NCBI GenBank assembly: GCA_964016885.1
Contig: OZ024741.1
Span: 15,376,001-15,440,000 of the forward strand
Direction: 5' to 3'
DNA from: Eledone cirrhosa
Lineage: Eukaryota
Length of the DNA: 64,000 bases
In this document: positions 1-11,699 of the stretch, in pieces
How the letters are laid out: the number at the start of each line of letters is the position of its first letter
How positions within the stretch are numbered: the stretch's first letter is position 1
Made by a program: the position numbers and the translations under genes
The notes under the pieces: generated by a model
The model's database searches: none
The model's input: only the letters and a program-made list of their open reading frames with translations
Told to the model about the DNA's origin: nothing

Positions 1-400
1 AACTGCAGGGATCTGACGTCTGTCTTGTCCCTCTCGACCACTCAGTCTCGAACTTAAGTTCTATTATCGAGTGGTCTTGGATTTCCTACCTTAAGTTGCT
101 CGTATCTTGCTCGGTTTGTTTGTTTTTCGCTGTTTTGCTACTGTTTTCTCTTTTCTTCCCCATTGCTTTCATTCCCTCCTTCTTCAGTTTTCCCAATAAC
201 TTACCCAGTTATTGAACGCCTTGGGCGGTAGATATCTTGTCCTTAAGGCGTAGAAATATCCGAGACCCCCAGTAGACAACTGATGAGGAAAACTGCCCCC
301 CTCCCTTCTTGCTTTCTTCTTATTCCCACTGCATTTTAAGTTACCTTAAATAGCAACTACACAGCCATTTCTATTCTCTCTCTCTCTCTCTCTCTCTCTC

Positions 401-476
<76 letters not shown>

Positions 477-575
477 TTATTCCGGCTTGAATCGGAGGTA
501 ACCACAGTAAGTAAGGTAATGATTTCTCATGAATGAAACAGTTCTAATCCTGTAGAAGCTCTTCTATATTAAAAC

Positions 576-607
<32 letters not shown>

Positions 608-621
608 CGCGCATACCTTCC

Positions 622-663
<42 letters not shown>

Positions 664-1097
664 CACCTCACACACACACGCATATATATATATATATCAT
701 ATATAGGTTTATGGATAAATATGTATGCACATACTTAAATATATACATATATGTATATATTTATATACATACGCATACACACTCACATATATATATATGT
801 ATATATATATGTATGTATATATGTATGTATATGTATGTATATATAAGTGAATATATATATACTCATACATACACACGCTATCATCTGGTCCATTCTTCTT
901 GGCCTTTGTTCAATATTTAATAGGCTATATTATTGCATCAATCGTGTCTCTCTGTGTTTCTCTTTGTTTTAATGGTATATATATATATTTATATATATAT
1001 ATGTGTGTGTATGTGTGTGTGTGTCTATATATATGTGTGTGTGTTTTTATAGACACACAGACTCATACATATATATACTAATATATATATTAATATA

Positions 1098-1140
<43 letters not shown>

Positions 1141-1469
1141 TCGTGCGTGTGTATTTATATGCAAGCACATACGTGTGTGTGTGTGGGTGTGTGTGCGTGT
1201 GCACGTTTATACATTTATATACAAGACGTTATTTTTATATGTGAGCCAAGATTAATATAGAGATGGTATTGTTAATAAAAATTAATATTAAATTGTAAAT
1301 ATGAAGTTTTATATAGAGGAATTTAATATGTTGTGTGTAACATCATAACATCTTCCTTTTGTCTTACCATAAACATAATATTCTCTTGTTCTTATCTTCC
1401 CACATAACGTACATATAATTACATTCTCTTTATTACATATACTATATTATTGTACGGCGGCTTCCATTG

Positions 1470-1700
1470 CAGAGAACTGGAAAACAAACAAACACTGGTG
1501 TTTGTTCGGTCTGTACTGGTCGTCATCGAGATCTCAGGCGTCCTCAGACCCATTGCCAGCTCACCTCCTCCGTAAAATTGGATCGACTGCAGCCCGTCTG
1601 AGAAAGGAGGCCCGTAAGTTCGGGTGGGGATGTGGTTGCAGCGTATGTTGCTGGCCATTGTTCGTGGAAATGTCTCTGCCATTTTGTTCGCGAGCGCATC
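1470..1700 (+). mobile_element. Degenerate CRE-clade non-LTR retrotransposon C-terminal (RLE endonuclease) fragment
   Basis: With frameshifts reads VVIEISGVLRP...LRKIGSTAARLRKEARKFGW..LQRMLLAIVRGNVSAIL, matching the E-x-x-G..QR-x-S-x-A-x-x-RGNA motif of CRE-type RLE domains; homologous to 21213-21494. Confidence 0.6.
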
Positions 1701-1880
1701 CTAAACACCCCTCCAACCTAACTATAGGTCTCTCTTCCCCCTTTCTTCCGTAGTTGCTCTTTTCCTCCTTTTCCACTCATTTATGGCATTTATAGTCCTT
1801 TCCAATATTGCTTTCTTTTTCTGTATGTTTATATAACACTACTACGAAATAATGATTTTTATTATTTATTCTTTACTAAG

Positions 1881-2211
1881 GGCTGTGGATTGGCAGTATC
1901 GGTAAAGCGTCGGACAACATACTTTGGGGCATAGTGTTACTGCCCTTTACTTTCTGATTTCAAACCTCCGCTGACGCTAGCTTTGCCTTTCATCCTTATC
2001 TATTCTTTACTGTATTATTGTGTGGTGGATTGGCAGTTTCGGAAGAGGGTCGGGCGCCATGCTTTGAAACATAGAGTTACATCCCTTTATGATCTGAGTT
2101 CAACCCCGCCGAGTTTAACTTTCCCTTTCGTCCTTACGGGGTCGATAAAATAAAGTACCAGTAATGTACTGGGTAATTGCTGGCCTTGTGCCAAAAGTAG
2201 AAACAATTATT
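1881..2211 (+). mobile_element. tRNA-derived SINE, partial copy (1881-1998) plus full copy (2024-2211)
   Basis: A-box-like TGGCAGTATCGG, B-box-like GAGTTCAAAC, body CCTTTCGTCCTTACGGGGTCGATAAAATAAAGTACCAG; same sequence recurs at 14485-14867 (-), 26065-26148, and as fragments near 2860-2910 and 6620-6650. Confidence 0.75.
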
Positions 2212-2221
2212 GTGTATTCTG

Positions 2222-2555
2222 ATGGAATGCTTAAGAGGTTCAGGTTTGCTTCCCAATTACTAAGTCCCGGGTTGAACCTCACTTAAGGATATCTTGGCCA
2301 GTTGTCCTTACCATAGCCTCGTGTTGACCAAGCTTTGTAAGTGGAATTTGTTCGACGGAAACTGTGTGGAATCCCGTCCGATGGATTGTAGTTGTAAATC
2401 AATGAGTCAGCCATGTAACACATGGTGTTATGCTGAATCTCTACAAGAATTACGTTCATAGTACACGTGTCTGTAGAATGCTCATGCACTTACACGTTAA
2501 TTTTACGAGGAGGTTGTTCCGTTGATGGAGCCAACTGGAAAATCCATTGTCAAAA
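2222..2555 (+). mobile_element. Second SINE-like dispersed repeat (decayed)
   Basis: Shares GTGTTGACCAA..CTTGTGAGTG..ATTTG..GACGGAAA..GT..AA.CCCGTC with 16555-16678; degenerate tRNA-like head. Confidence 0.5.
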
Positions 2556-3625
2556 ACAATAATGATGCAATCAATTCAATATTCTTATATTTTTTTTATT
2601 GGTTTCGAAACTATTCGAAAGGTCATAATTCTGCTGTTTACCAGCACTGGAGCTATTTATGCAGTTTCTTTCAAGATACATACATGTTCCCGTAACTCCT
2701 AGACGCGCCGTATCGATATACGGCGTATCTAGGGCATTTCTAAATACCTGGTGAGACCCGTCTCCTCTCTAGGTCTGAATACATCAGATTTCTTCCAGAG
2801 AAGGATAGAGAGAAAGAACAGAAGTGAGAAAGATAGAGGAATAATCTACCCCAGAACTTGATGGGTACTTTTTTATCGACCTGGAATAGATGAAAGGCAA
2901 AATTGACTTCAAGATAGGAAGTACAAAGTGGACATAATCACATATACATCACGGTCGTTTCGTTTCAAATTTACTTATTTTCGTTAACCCTATGCTGACA
3001 TATATATATATGTTTTGTGTGTATATATTATATACGTAGTTAGATATGGTATGTATTTTATAAGTGAGTATATATATTTATATGTATTTTTTCGTGTGTA
3101 TACGTGTTATATGATATGTAGTTCTCTAGCAATATATGGATTTCTTAATGTATAGATCCCAATTTTTAATATATTGATCTCAATTTTTAAATGATTAACT
3201 AAACATCTAATCATATTTAAACAATGATTAATTTCTCATATTATATATATATATTCCATTCATGATTATTAACATTTCTAATTTTATTTATTAATTTTAT
3301 TTATTCATTTCATCTCAATTGTTAAGTTAACTCAACAAGATATGACTTAGGGTTTTCGTTCTCTCCCCTTCTCTCTGTCTCCTCTCTCTATCTATATATC
3401 TCTCTCTCTGTTGTTTTGGTATCTCTCTCTCTTTTCTCTATTTTTTCTTTCTTTTTCTCTCTCTCCTTTTTCTTTCTCTGTAACCCAACGGCTTATTTTA
3501 AAAATAAAAATATCCAATACTAATAATAATATAAGTAAACAACTCCACTACCCGGGAGCTTCCAACAGGAATGGTTGCATTTTTTAAGTGTATGTCAATA
3601 TTTATTTATAAAACTGATCTATATT

Positions 3626-3691
3626 ATATTTTGTCTGATGAAAGCACACCATAATTTAACTTGGTGTCCTTGAAATATGTATAATGAAATA
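3626..3691 (+). ncRNA. Type I hammerhead ribozyme (family D, solo copy)
   Basis: tattttgt-CTGATGA(3635-41)-aagc-acacca..tggtgt-cctt-GAAA(3672-75)-tatgTA-taatgaaata; homologous to 17899-17959; followed by AATAAA, a short tail and (TA)n. Confidence 0.7.
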
Positions 3692-3731
3692 AATATGGTT
3701 TTATAAATACAGTTTCCATTTGTTTAATATC

Positions 3732-3785
<54 letters not shown>

Positions 3786-3791
<6 letters not shown>

Positions 3792-4662
3792 TAAAATAAC
3801 AGATTAAAGTTTAAGCAAAGAATCGCTGCTTTCACCCTTAACGGGATCTTCTGAAACTAACAAAGTCAATCTGTAAACGCAGAACTGGATATTTCAAAAA
3901 ACGTTGCAACCGGAGGAAGACAGGAAGACGATACTTTGGTTCGTGGTAACATTCGCTGGCAAAGAACGGGAAAAAACGAATAATACGTCATTAATAGGAG
4001 CGGTGAAAAACAATTACGCGCAAACACAGAACCACGTTTATGGTATAAAAGAGGTCATAGACTAATGTTCTCTTAGGTGGTGCATAGAGACGTTCTCTGG
4101 CAATGAACGAAAAAACGAAGATAATAAGTCATATGTGGAGCGTGGAGAACAATAGCACACAAAGACAAAACCACGTAAATGGTATAGCAGTGGTTTTGTC
4201 TTTGCGTGCTATTGTTCTCCACGCTCCACATATGACTAATTATCTTCGTTTTTTCGTTCATTGCCAGAGAACGTCTCTATGCACCACCTAAGAGAACATT
4301 AGTCTACGACCTCTTTTATACCATAAACGTGGTTCTGTGTTTGCGCGTAATTGTTTTTCACCGCTCCTATTAATGACGTATTATTCGTTTTTTCCCGTTC
4401 TTTGCCAGCGAACGTTTCCACGAACCAAAGTATCGTCTTCCTGTCTTCCTCCGGTTGCAACGTTTTTTGAAATATCCAGTTCTGCGTTTACAGATTGACT
4501 TTGTTAGTTTCAGAAGATCCCGTTAAGGGTGAAAGCAGCGATTCTTTGCTTAAACTTTAAACATAAATTTTAATAAATATTTGCTCTACGGTTCTTATAT
4601 ATTTGATATATATTTTCCTTATCGAGCCCTCTTTGGATTTTAGTCTTCAATTTTATTATTAT

Positions 4663-4666
<4 letters not shown>
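3786..4666. mobile_element. Family A hairpin insertion: ~390-bp inverted arms (3786-4174 / 4190-4580), 15-bp spacer, ~85-bp extra tail, between (TA)n tracts
   Basis: Near-perfect reverse complement visible directly (mirror ORFs 4073- and 4103+); each arm has an HHR core and AATAAA; same family at 24323-24520. Confidence 0.85.
4506..4556 (+). ncRNA. Variant type I hammerhead (family A); mirror copy at ~3808-3858 (-)
   Basis: Stem I agttt/aaact; core CAGAAGA; stem II ccc-gttaa-ggg; GAAA; stem III agcag/ttgct; CUU cleavage triplet. Confidence 0.6.
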
Positions 4667-4705
<39 letters not shown>

Positions 4706-4708
<3 letters not shown>

Positions 4709-5278
4709 TAATCCCCTATTTATCGCGGGAGATACGTTCCAGAACCAACCGCGATATAGAGAGACCATAAAGACAACCGTTGTTTTCATAGTTTAAGCCT
4801 TAAAATAAATTTCCTACACGCTTTAAGTACATATAAAATAATTAAAACACACTTTTGTATTTAAACACCAAAAACAGCCAGTAACTATCATATAGAAACT
4901 ACCACCATCGATCGTACCACTAGTTACCAATGAGGACCATTTCCAGCCACGTTAGCCACTTGGTAATACACTGCACATCTCCCGTCAATCTATGAAGGGT
5001 TTGTAGTAGATTAGAGAGAAATACAATTAGTAAAACACTAATGGAATGAAAAATAGAAACATGTTTTTATAGTTAAAGCCTTAAGATGTCTCTTCCTTAC
5101 GATATATACTTCAATCACATAGAAACTTATTTAATAAGTTTAAATTTTAAACAGTTTTTATTCAGACGTACCGCGATAAGAAAATAGATATGTTCTAAGG
5201 AAAAATCCGCGATTACCGTGATAGGAAATTAGATACGTTCCAAAGAAAAGTGAACCGCGATATAGCGTGGAATTACTG
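4706..5278. mobile_element. pogo/Tigger-like MITE (Tc1/mariner superfamily)
   Basis: Imperfect ~23-bp TIRs CAGTAATCCCCTATTTATCGCGG / CCGCGATATAGCGTGGAATTACTG, TA on both sides, no ORF. Confidence 0.7.
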
Positions 5279-5588
5279 TATATGTATGAATATATACTAG
5301 TTTGCGGTTTTTGATGTTGAGAGACGACGGAGGAAGGTGAAGTACGGCCTATTACATAATAGGGTCGTAATCACCGCAAATATTAATAACTATATTGACT
5401 TTATTATATAGAAACTACGTAACATATAATCTGCAGCTTCATAACGTTTGTCTTCCCCCATAATATGGCTGTTGCTGTCCGGTACAGTATACCGAGTTGG
5501 CAAGGTGGGTGGTCCGAGTTCGATTTAGGGTGTTTACTAAGAGTTTTGTGGGCTGAGTAAACAATAGCAGTCTTATTTACGTATACAC

Positions 5589-5935
<347 letters not shown>

Positions 5936-6742
5936 CTGCTACATATATATATATATTGCTCTGATTGTTGATTATTTAATTAATTAATTCATCATTGAGC
6001 CACATCGTGAACGGTTTCCAAAAACACATATATATATATATATCTATGACTTTGTCTAGTTTATGTATATGTAAATCTTTATATTTGATAATCTCCCATA
6101 TGGTTGAGATGCAATTTAGGCAGTATTAGACTGCGCTTTCTAGCAACCAGCCCACTCGCCGTAAGGCACCAGTCACATTCTTTCTGACTTGACCACTGCC
6201 ACGTCACAGTTCTTAGCCATTTTGAATTCGTTTCTGGCGGGGATCATTTAAGAAAACTTCGTCCAAGTGAGTTCGTTTCCTGATGATTTCGAAACTCGTG
6301 AATTTATCCTTGATCGGATATTTCCAAAAAGCGAATGAAACCTCATAGGGTAGAAACATAATTTTGGTATGCTTATATACTTCTTTTCTTCTAAATTTGA
6401 TTGTATACCTAATTGTGTATGGTTGACGATATATTTAATCGATTTCCACGTGCTATTAGAAATGCTGGGTAAATATTATATAACTGTTGATCGCGGATAG
6501 ATAGCTGTCGTTTATTTATCTACTATTTCTTCATTTCTTCATAGGTGCCTTTTAATCTTATAGCCTTGTTTAATTGTTGTTTTTTTTTGTGTGGTTGATT
6601 ATGCTGATTGGGAGAGGAAATAATTGTTTCTACTTTAGGCACAAGGCCAGGAAATAATGTATATATTTTATCAAATTATTCTATGGACATACTTTATTGT
6701 ATATATATATATATATATACATACATATATATATATATACAT

Positions 6743-7296
6743 ATGGTGGCTACCAACTCGTTTTCGAGTACGGCCACTACTTTATATCCATGTAGGAGAG
6801 CCCCTACCGATGTGCTGAACGAATGTGACTTTTTAGTCCAGCCAGCGACTTGAAAACTCTGGTACAAACACTACACTTGTGACAATTATTGACACATAGT
6901 GCTGGGCCCATGGTACAATGTGACGACAAGTGCAGAGAGATCTCCAGATATAAAGCAATGCCTGTGCCGTGACGCTTTTATAGTGAGCAAAGGCACTGCA
7001 CAAAGCCAGTCCCACTCTCTTAACCAAGATGATATTTACCAAAAAGAAAAACAAGTCAACATCATTGGATACCATCAGAGTTGCAGGTGTTATATCAGAG
7101 TTTTCCTTCTCCTAGAATTCTGCCTAGACAAATACTAAGGGGTCATCTCTCCCGGTGATTTTGGATGGCCATTGACTCTTAAGAGCTCCTTTGCCCTTTG
7201 ATGGGTTTTGTTTTTAGTCCTGCAGCATGTCCAAAGTCACCCTCCTCACCAAGAAGCCTTGGTGGGGTTGCCAGTTTAGTCGCCAACGACCCGTTG
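6743..7296 (-). mobile_element. Non-autonomous RTE-clade LINE derivative (5' UTR joined to 3' end)
   Basis: Minus strand encodes [23 protein letters not shown] (C-terminal C2H2 finger typical of RTE ORFs) near the 3' end; upstream CTAGGAGAAGGAAAACTCTGA resembles RTE 5' UTRs; second copy at 23314-23768. Confidence 0.6.
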
Positions 7297-7299
7297 TAT

Positions 7300-7375
<76 letters not shown>

Positions 7376-7408
7376 ATACATATTTATATATATATATATA
7401 TATGTATG

Positions 7409-7439
<31 letters not shown>

Positions 7440-7498
7440 GTATACATATACACACACACATATATATGTATATACATATATATATATATGTATGTATG

Positions 7499-7602
<104 letters not shown>

Positions 7603-7610
7603 ACATATAT

Positions 7611-8251
7611 ATAACAACTAGAAATTGATTAACATATAAATAAACATATGAAACAATCACAAGGGATAATTTTTACAAGTGTGTAAGCACACTTAGCTAG
7701 GTAGGTAACTAAATAAAGTTAACTAGAACTTCAAAAATAGATACCTTATAATATGATTAATCTTCCCTGTATATATTCCATTAAAGAAATATATTTCACC
7801 AATTAATCGAATGGTAAACCACGGCGGCCGATACTTGGATTTTCAACAAGGAAGAAGTCCAGCCATCTGTGTTAACGCATTAAGTTCAAATCAGCGACTG
7901 GCCAGTAACACGCGCTGTATCTACTAAAAATACACACATCATACCAGCTTCGTGCCAGTGGCGTGAATAGGGTTATCGACAACTAGAAACAGCAGTCAAG
8001 TCCTTTCAACAGAGTTAGCTCTACAATTAAGGAGCCGTATTTATATATCTATATCCAAAATTAAGATAAATCAAAGTGAATTTAATCTAAATCAAAATTA
8101 TGGGTATCATGCCAGAAAGGCATGCACCATATCACCCGTAAAATAAGCTCCAAGATTCTAATGAATAGGTCCGAGCATTTTATAACAACTAGAAATTGAT
8201 TAACATATAAATAAACATATGAAACAATCACAGGAGATAATTTTTACAAGT
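7611..8251. mobile_element. Family H: ~640-bp element with ~70-bp terminal direct repeats (period 571) in (TA)n
   Basis: ataacaactagaaattgattaacatataaataaacatatgaaacaatcaca at 7611 and 8182. Confidence 0.65.
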
Positions 8252-8351
8252 ATATATATATACATTTATATATAAATTTACAAGTATATATATATACATT
8301 TATATATACATTTACAAGTATATATATATACATTTATATATATATATATAA

Positions 8352-9015
8352 TATTAGGGATACTATTTATGGTTATGTATATATTAAAACTTTTTATAGT
8401 TATGTATATTTTAAACTCTAAACAGTGAAGGTCAGTAATTTATTACTACCTTATTACCAGTAAGTTAAATAGCTCAATGTAATAACATCAGTTGTTCTAC
8501 AGAGCAGTTATATAGAATTCACAAGAATCAAAGCTATGTTCAAAGCATTTATTCACTTACAATTGTTTCATCCAAACCTAGGCTTGCAGTCTTCGGAGCA
8601 TTTTTCAATGTTTGTACACATAATTGACCTCCTTTCCAACGCAAGAGACATACAGATACATATATATATATATTGATGTACAGTGGAGTGGCATATATTA
8701 TACTATATTATTTTTGTACAGCAATTCAAATTCAAAATCAAAATCAAAATCAAAATTAAAATCAAAATCAAAATTAAAATACATTCGGCAGATAACACAG
8801 ATAATGCAAGAGGATAGTTTGATAGTCAGGTCTAGTAGGTAGTGTATGCGTTAGTTACACGTGGAGCATGCAAGTGTGTCTCATTTTTATACTATTATTG
8901 TGTGGCAGGGTGTTACACGTAATGCAAGCACTTTAAGCGGGTAAGTGCTTGCATTACGTGTAACACCCTGCCACACAATAATAGTATAAAAATGAGACAC
9001 ACTTGCATGCTCCAC
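8352..9015 (-). mobile_element. Family F HHR-bearing element with terminal hairpin (8861-8933 / 8943-9015)
   Basis: Minus strand HHR at 8554-8600 (tgct-CCGAAGA-stem II-GAAA-caattgTA-agtg, palindromic ACAATTGT), then AATAAA; 73-bp perfect inverted repeat at the other end, fused to the inverted PLE segment. Confidence 0.6.
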
Positions 9016-9582
9016 TTCGTCGGAGCTACTGACATGCCTGGGGAAGGTGGAGAGTAGAGGCTTGAGGACCTGGGAGAGAAGCCAGGAAATTTTGTATAGG
9101 GGTCCTTCTATGCTAGAGACGATGGGTCTTATTTGCGTCTTAGTGCTATTCTTGTGGGTCTTGATGAGGTGGTAGAAAGTGGGCAGTCTGCTATTTCTAG
9201 TGGTGTAGTTGAGCTTAATTTTATTCGGGAGTTGTCTTCTCCTACAGATATCGAACCAAATGGAGTTGGTCTGTTTTTCGATTTGGGCTGCAGTCATGTC
9301 CGGGATCACTGTGTATAATTCACTGTCGCTAAAGTGTTCGAAGGCTAGGTTATTGTATGTGGCTTGAGAGATGACGCAGAACTCTTTACCTTTGTTGGAT
9401 GGTAAGTATATAAGTTCTCTATTCCGTAGGTTCTTCAGGGCGAGTTGTTGTGTCCTGGAGAGGTTTGGGGCCATCTTCTTCTGTTTCCGTAAGATGTTAA
9501 ATACGGAATGTTTTAGTCTTGAGAGTTTTTCTTCCAGCTCGCGGTTGGCGGGCGGTGGATAGAGTGGGCGAAAAACAGATAA

Positions 9583-11115
9583 ATCGAAAAACAGACCAAC
9601 TCCATTTGGTTCGATATCTGTAGGAGAAGACAACTCCCGAATAAAGTTAAGCTCAACTACACCACTAGAAATAGCAGACTGCCCACTTTCTACCACCTCA
9701 TCAAGACCCACAAGAATAGCACTAAGACGCAAATAAGACCCATCGTTTCTAGCATAGAAGGACCCCTATACAAAATTTCCTGGCTTCTCTCCCAGGTCCT
9801 CAAGCCTCTACTCTCCACCTTCCCCGGGCATGTCAGTAGCTCCGACGAAGTTATACGTAGACTACACCAACTCCAGCCAGAACAACTTAAACTAAATAAA
9901 TACGCTTTTAGCCTCGACGTTGTCTCCCTCTACACTACAGTCCCCGCTCACCCAGCTGTCGATTTATTGACAGACTGCGTGGTCGCAGAGAACATCCACT
10001 GCTACGGCCTCCACCCGACGGACATACACCAGCTTTTGTCCTTCACAGTAGACAACACGTACTTCACCTTCCACCACCACACATACAGACAGACAACAGG
10101 ATTACCCATGGGATCCAGCCTTTCAGGCCTGCTGGCCATCACCTACATGAACCAGCTAGAATGCCGAGCCCTCAACACCTGCCATTCCCATGCCTTCTTC
10201 ACCCGATATGTAGATGACATACTCATCCTTACATCATCCCTTGAGAAGGCAGAGAAAATATACACAACATTCTCCAGCATGGACGCCAGTATAAAGTTCA
10301 GCATGGAACACCCCGATGACCGCGGATCCCTATCCCTACTGGACTTCCAACTCAAGGTAACAGAGGAAGGCAACATCCACACCTGCTTCTATAAAAAATC
10401 CGCCAGCAGGGACCTGTTCGTGCATTTCAGATCGGCCCTCCCACTCGGTGCCAAGTTCGGATACATAAAGAACGAACTGGCACGTATCAAGAACAAATGC
10501 ACCGACGCCAGAGACCGAGACACACACACCACACATTTCCTGGAAGTACTCAAACTGAACGGATACACGACATCCACCACAAACCGTGCCAGAAAGAACA
10601 GAGGACACCACACCCGAGGCACTAACATTTGCTTCCTGAAGCTCCCACACTTCAGTGAAGAAACAACAACAGCCATCCGCAGAGCCATCAGACGAGAGGG
10701 ACTGGATATCCAACTGGCCCATTCGGGTCCTTCTCTGCGTGGACGGCTGGCCAAGAGACACTCCACCAGACATGACAACTGCTGCAGACTAGCCAACTGC
10801 CCCATCAACGACACAGACCTATGCCACCAGGCTTACGTAGTATACAGACTAGAGTGTGACAAATGCAACAACTTTTACGTAGGTAGCACCACCAGACCAC
10901 TCCACATAAGAATAAAAGAACACCTCAATACTAACGCTTCCTCATTTAAGAAACACCTAGTTAAATGCAAAAACACCGATAAAAACATAACAGTTAGGAT
11001 AGAAACTAAGGAAAGAAACCTCGGCAATCTTAGAATTAAGGAAGCACTTATTATAGATAAAACACATCCACCAATCAATAATAGACTAGAGCTCAACACC
11101 CAATTTATAACCTGA
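9583..11115 (+). CDS. Penelope-like reverse transcriptase / GIY-YIG endonuclease (5'-truncated, uninterrupted frame)
   Basis: Frame is open from 9583 (IEKQTNS..FYHLIKTHK..IRPIVS..FSLDVVSLYTTVP) into ORF 9967-11115: QTTGLPMGSSLS, RYVDD, Cys-rich linker, VVY-RLECDKC-NNFYVGST..RIKEH..KKH..E..I..P-x-IN. Confidence 0.92.
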   Translation: MEKQTNSIWFDICRRRQLPNKVKLNYTTRNSRLPTFYHLIKTHKNSTKTQIRPIVSSIEGPLYKISWLLSQVLKPLLSTFPGHVSSSDEVIRRLHQLQPEQLKLNKYAFSLDVVSLYTTVPAHPAVDLLTDCVVAENIHCYGLHPTDIHQLLSFTVDNTYFTFHHHTYRQTTGLPMGSSLSGLLAITYMNQLECRALNTCHSHAFFTRYVDDILILTSSLEKAEKIYTTFSSMDASIKFSMEHPDDRGSLSLLDFQLKVTEEGNIHTCFYKKSASRDLFVHFRSALPLGAKFGYIKNELARIKNKCTDARDRDTHTTHFLEVLKLNGYTTSTTNRARKNRGHHTRGTNICFLKLPHFSEETTTAIRRAIRREGLDIQLAHSGPSLRGRLAKRHSTRHDNCCRLANCPINDTDLCHQAYVVYRLECDKCNNFYVGSTTRPLHIRIKEHLNTNASSFKKHLVKCKNTDKNITVRIETKERNLGNLRIKEALIIDKTHPPINNRLELNTQFIT

Positions 11116-11515
11116 TAGTGCCTCTAGCCCCATTTTTACACACGCCACACACACGCACGCGCACACACACACGCTTACACCTCCACTTATTCTCTCTCAC
11201 ACATACACACACAAAACCAGTTCTAACACCAGATAACACCTACCCCCCACTTTTACGATTAGACCTATCTTCCCACACTCACACACACACACCCACATAC
11301 CTTCTCCCACACACATATACAGGCACGTATATAAAATTAAAAAAAAAATAAATAAAAATAATTAAATAAATAAACCCTAAACAAACCCCTCTTGAAGGGA
11401 AACTACTCTTTATCCACCTAATTTTAATTCTTTGATATTAGAGTTAGAACAGATACTCTATACTATTTCCGGTCAGCATGGCTTGGCTAGAGATTTAAGA
11501 CGCTGGTTTGAGACC

Positions 11516-11571
11516 TTTATTTTCCTCCGAAGAAGAGATATTATCTCGAAAATTAAGGACATTTAAATAAA
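11516..11571 (+). ncRNA. Minimal type I hammerhead in the PLE 3' pLTR
   Basis: tcct-CCGAAGA-a-gagata-t-tatctc-GAAA-atTA-agga; distal tttattt/aaataaa pairing. Confidence 0.65.
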
Positions 11572-11661
11572 TTCAAGGTGAAAGACGAATTCTTTTACTA
11601 TTGCATTCTTTTTTCTATGTCCATACCTGCATTGTTTTGGCCTTATTACACATATTCAAAC

Positions 11662-11694
<33 letters not shown>

Positions 11695-11699
<5 letters not shown>

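Larger units (their letters stand above)
9014..11664 (+). mobile_element. Penelope-like retroelement, 5'-truncated with inverted 5' segment (9014-9579 on minus strand)
   Basis: RT+GIY-YIG ORF; 3' region with HHR and AATAAA ending in (TA)n; 9014-9284 is the reverse complement of 9581-9851; minus strand 9285-9579 encodes further N-terminal PLE sequence (LPSNKGKEFCVI). Confidence 0.92.

Noticed and set aside
270-300. CTGATGA-g-GAAA
   Set aside because: No stem II, and no stem I or III pairing.
6270-6305. CTGATGA-tttc-GAAA
   Set aside because: No stem II and no NUH site with stem I pairing.
8887-9732. 281-aa minus-strand ORF as a separate gene
   Set aside because: Chimera of antisense RT, the inverted PLE segment and a hairpin arm.
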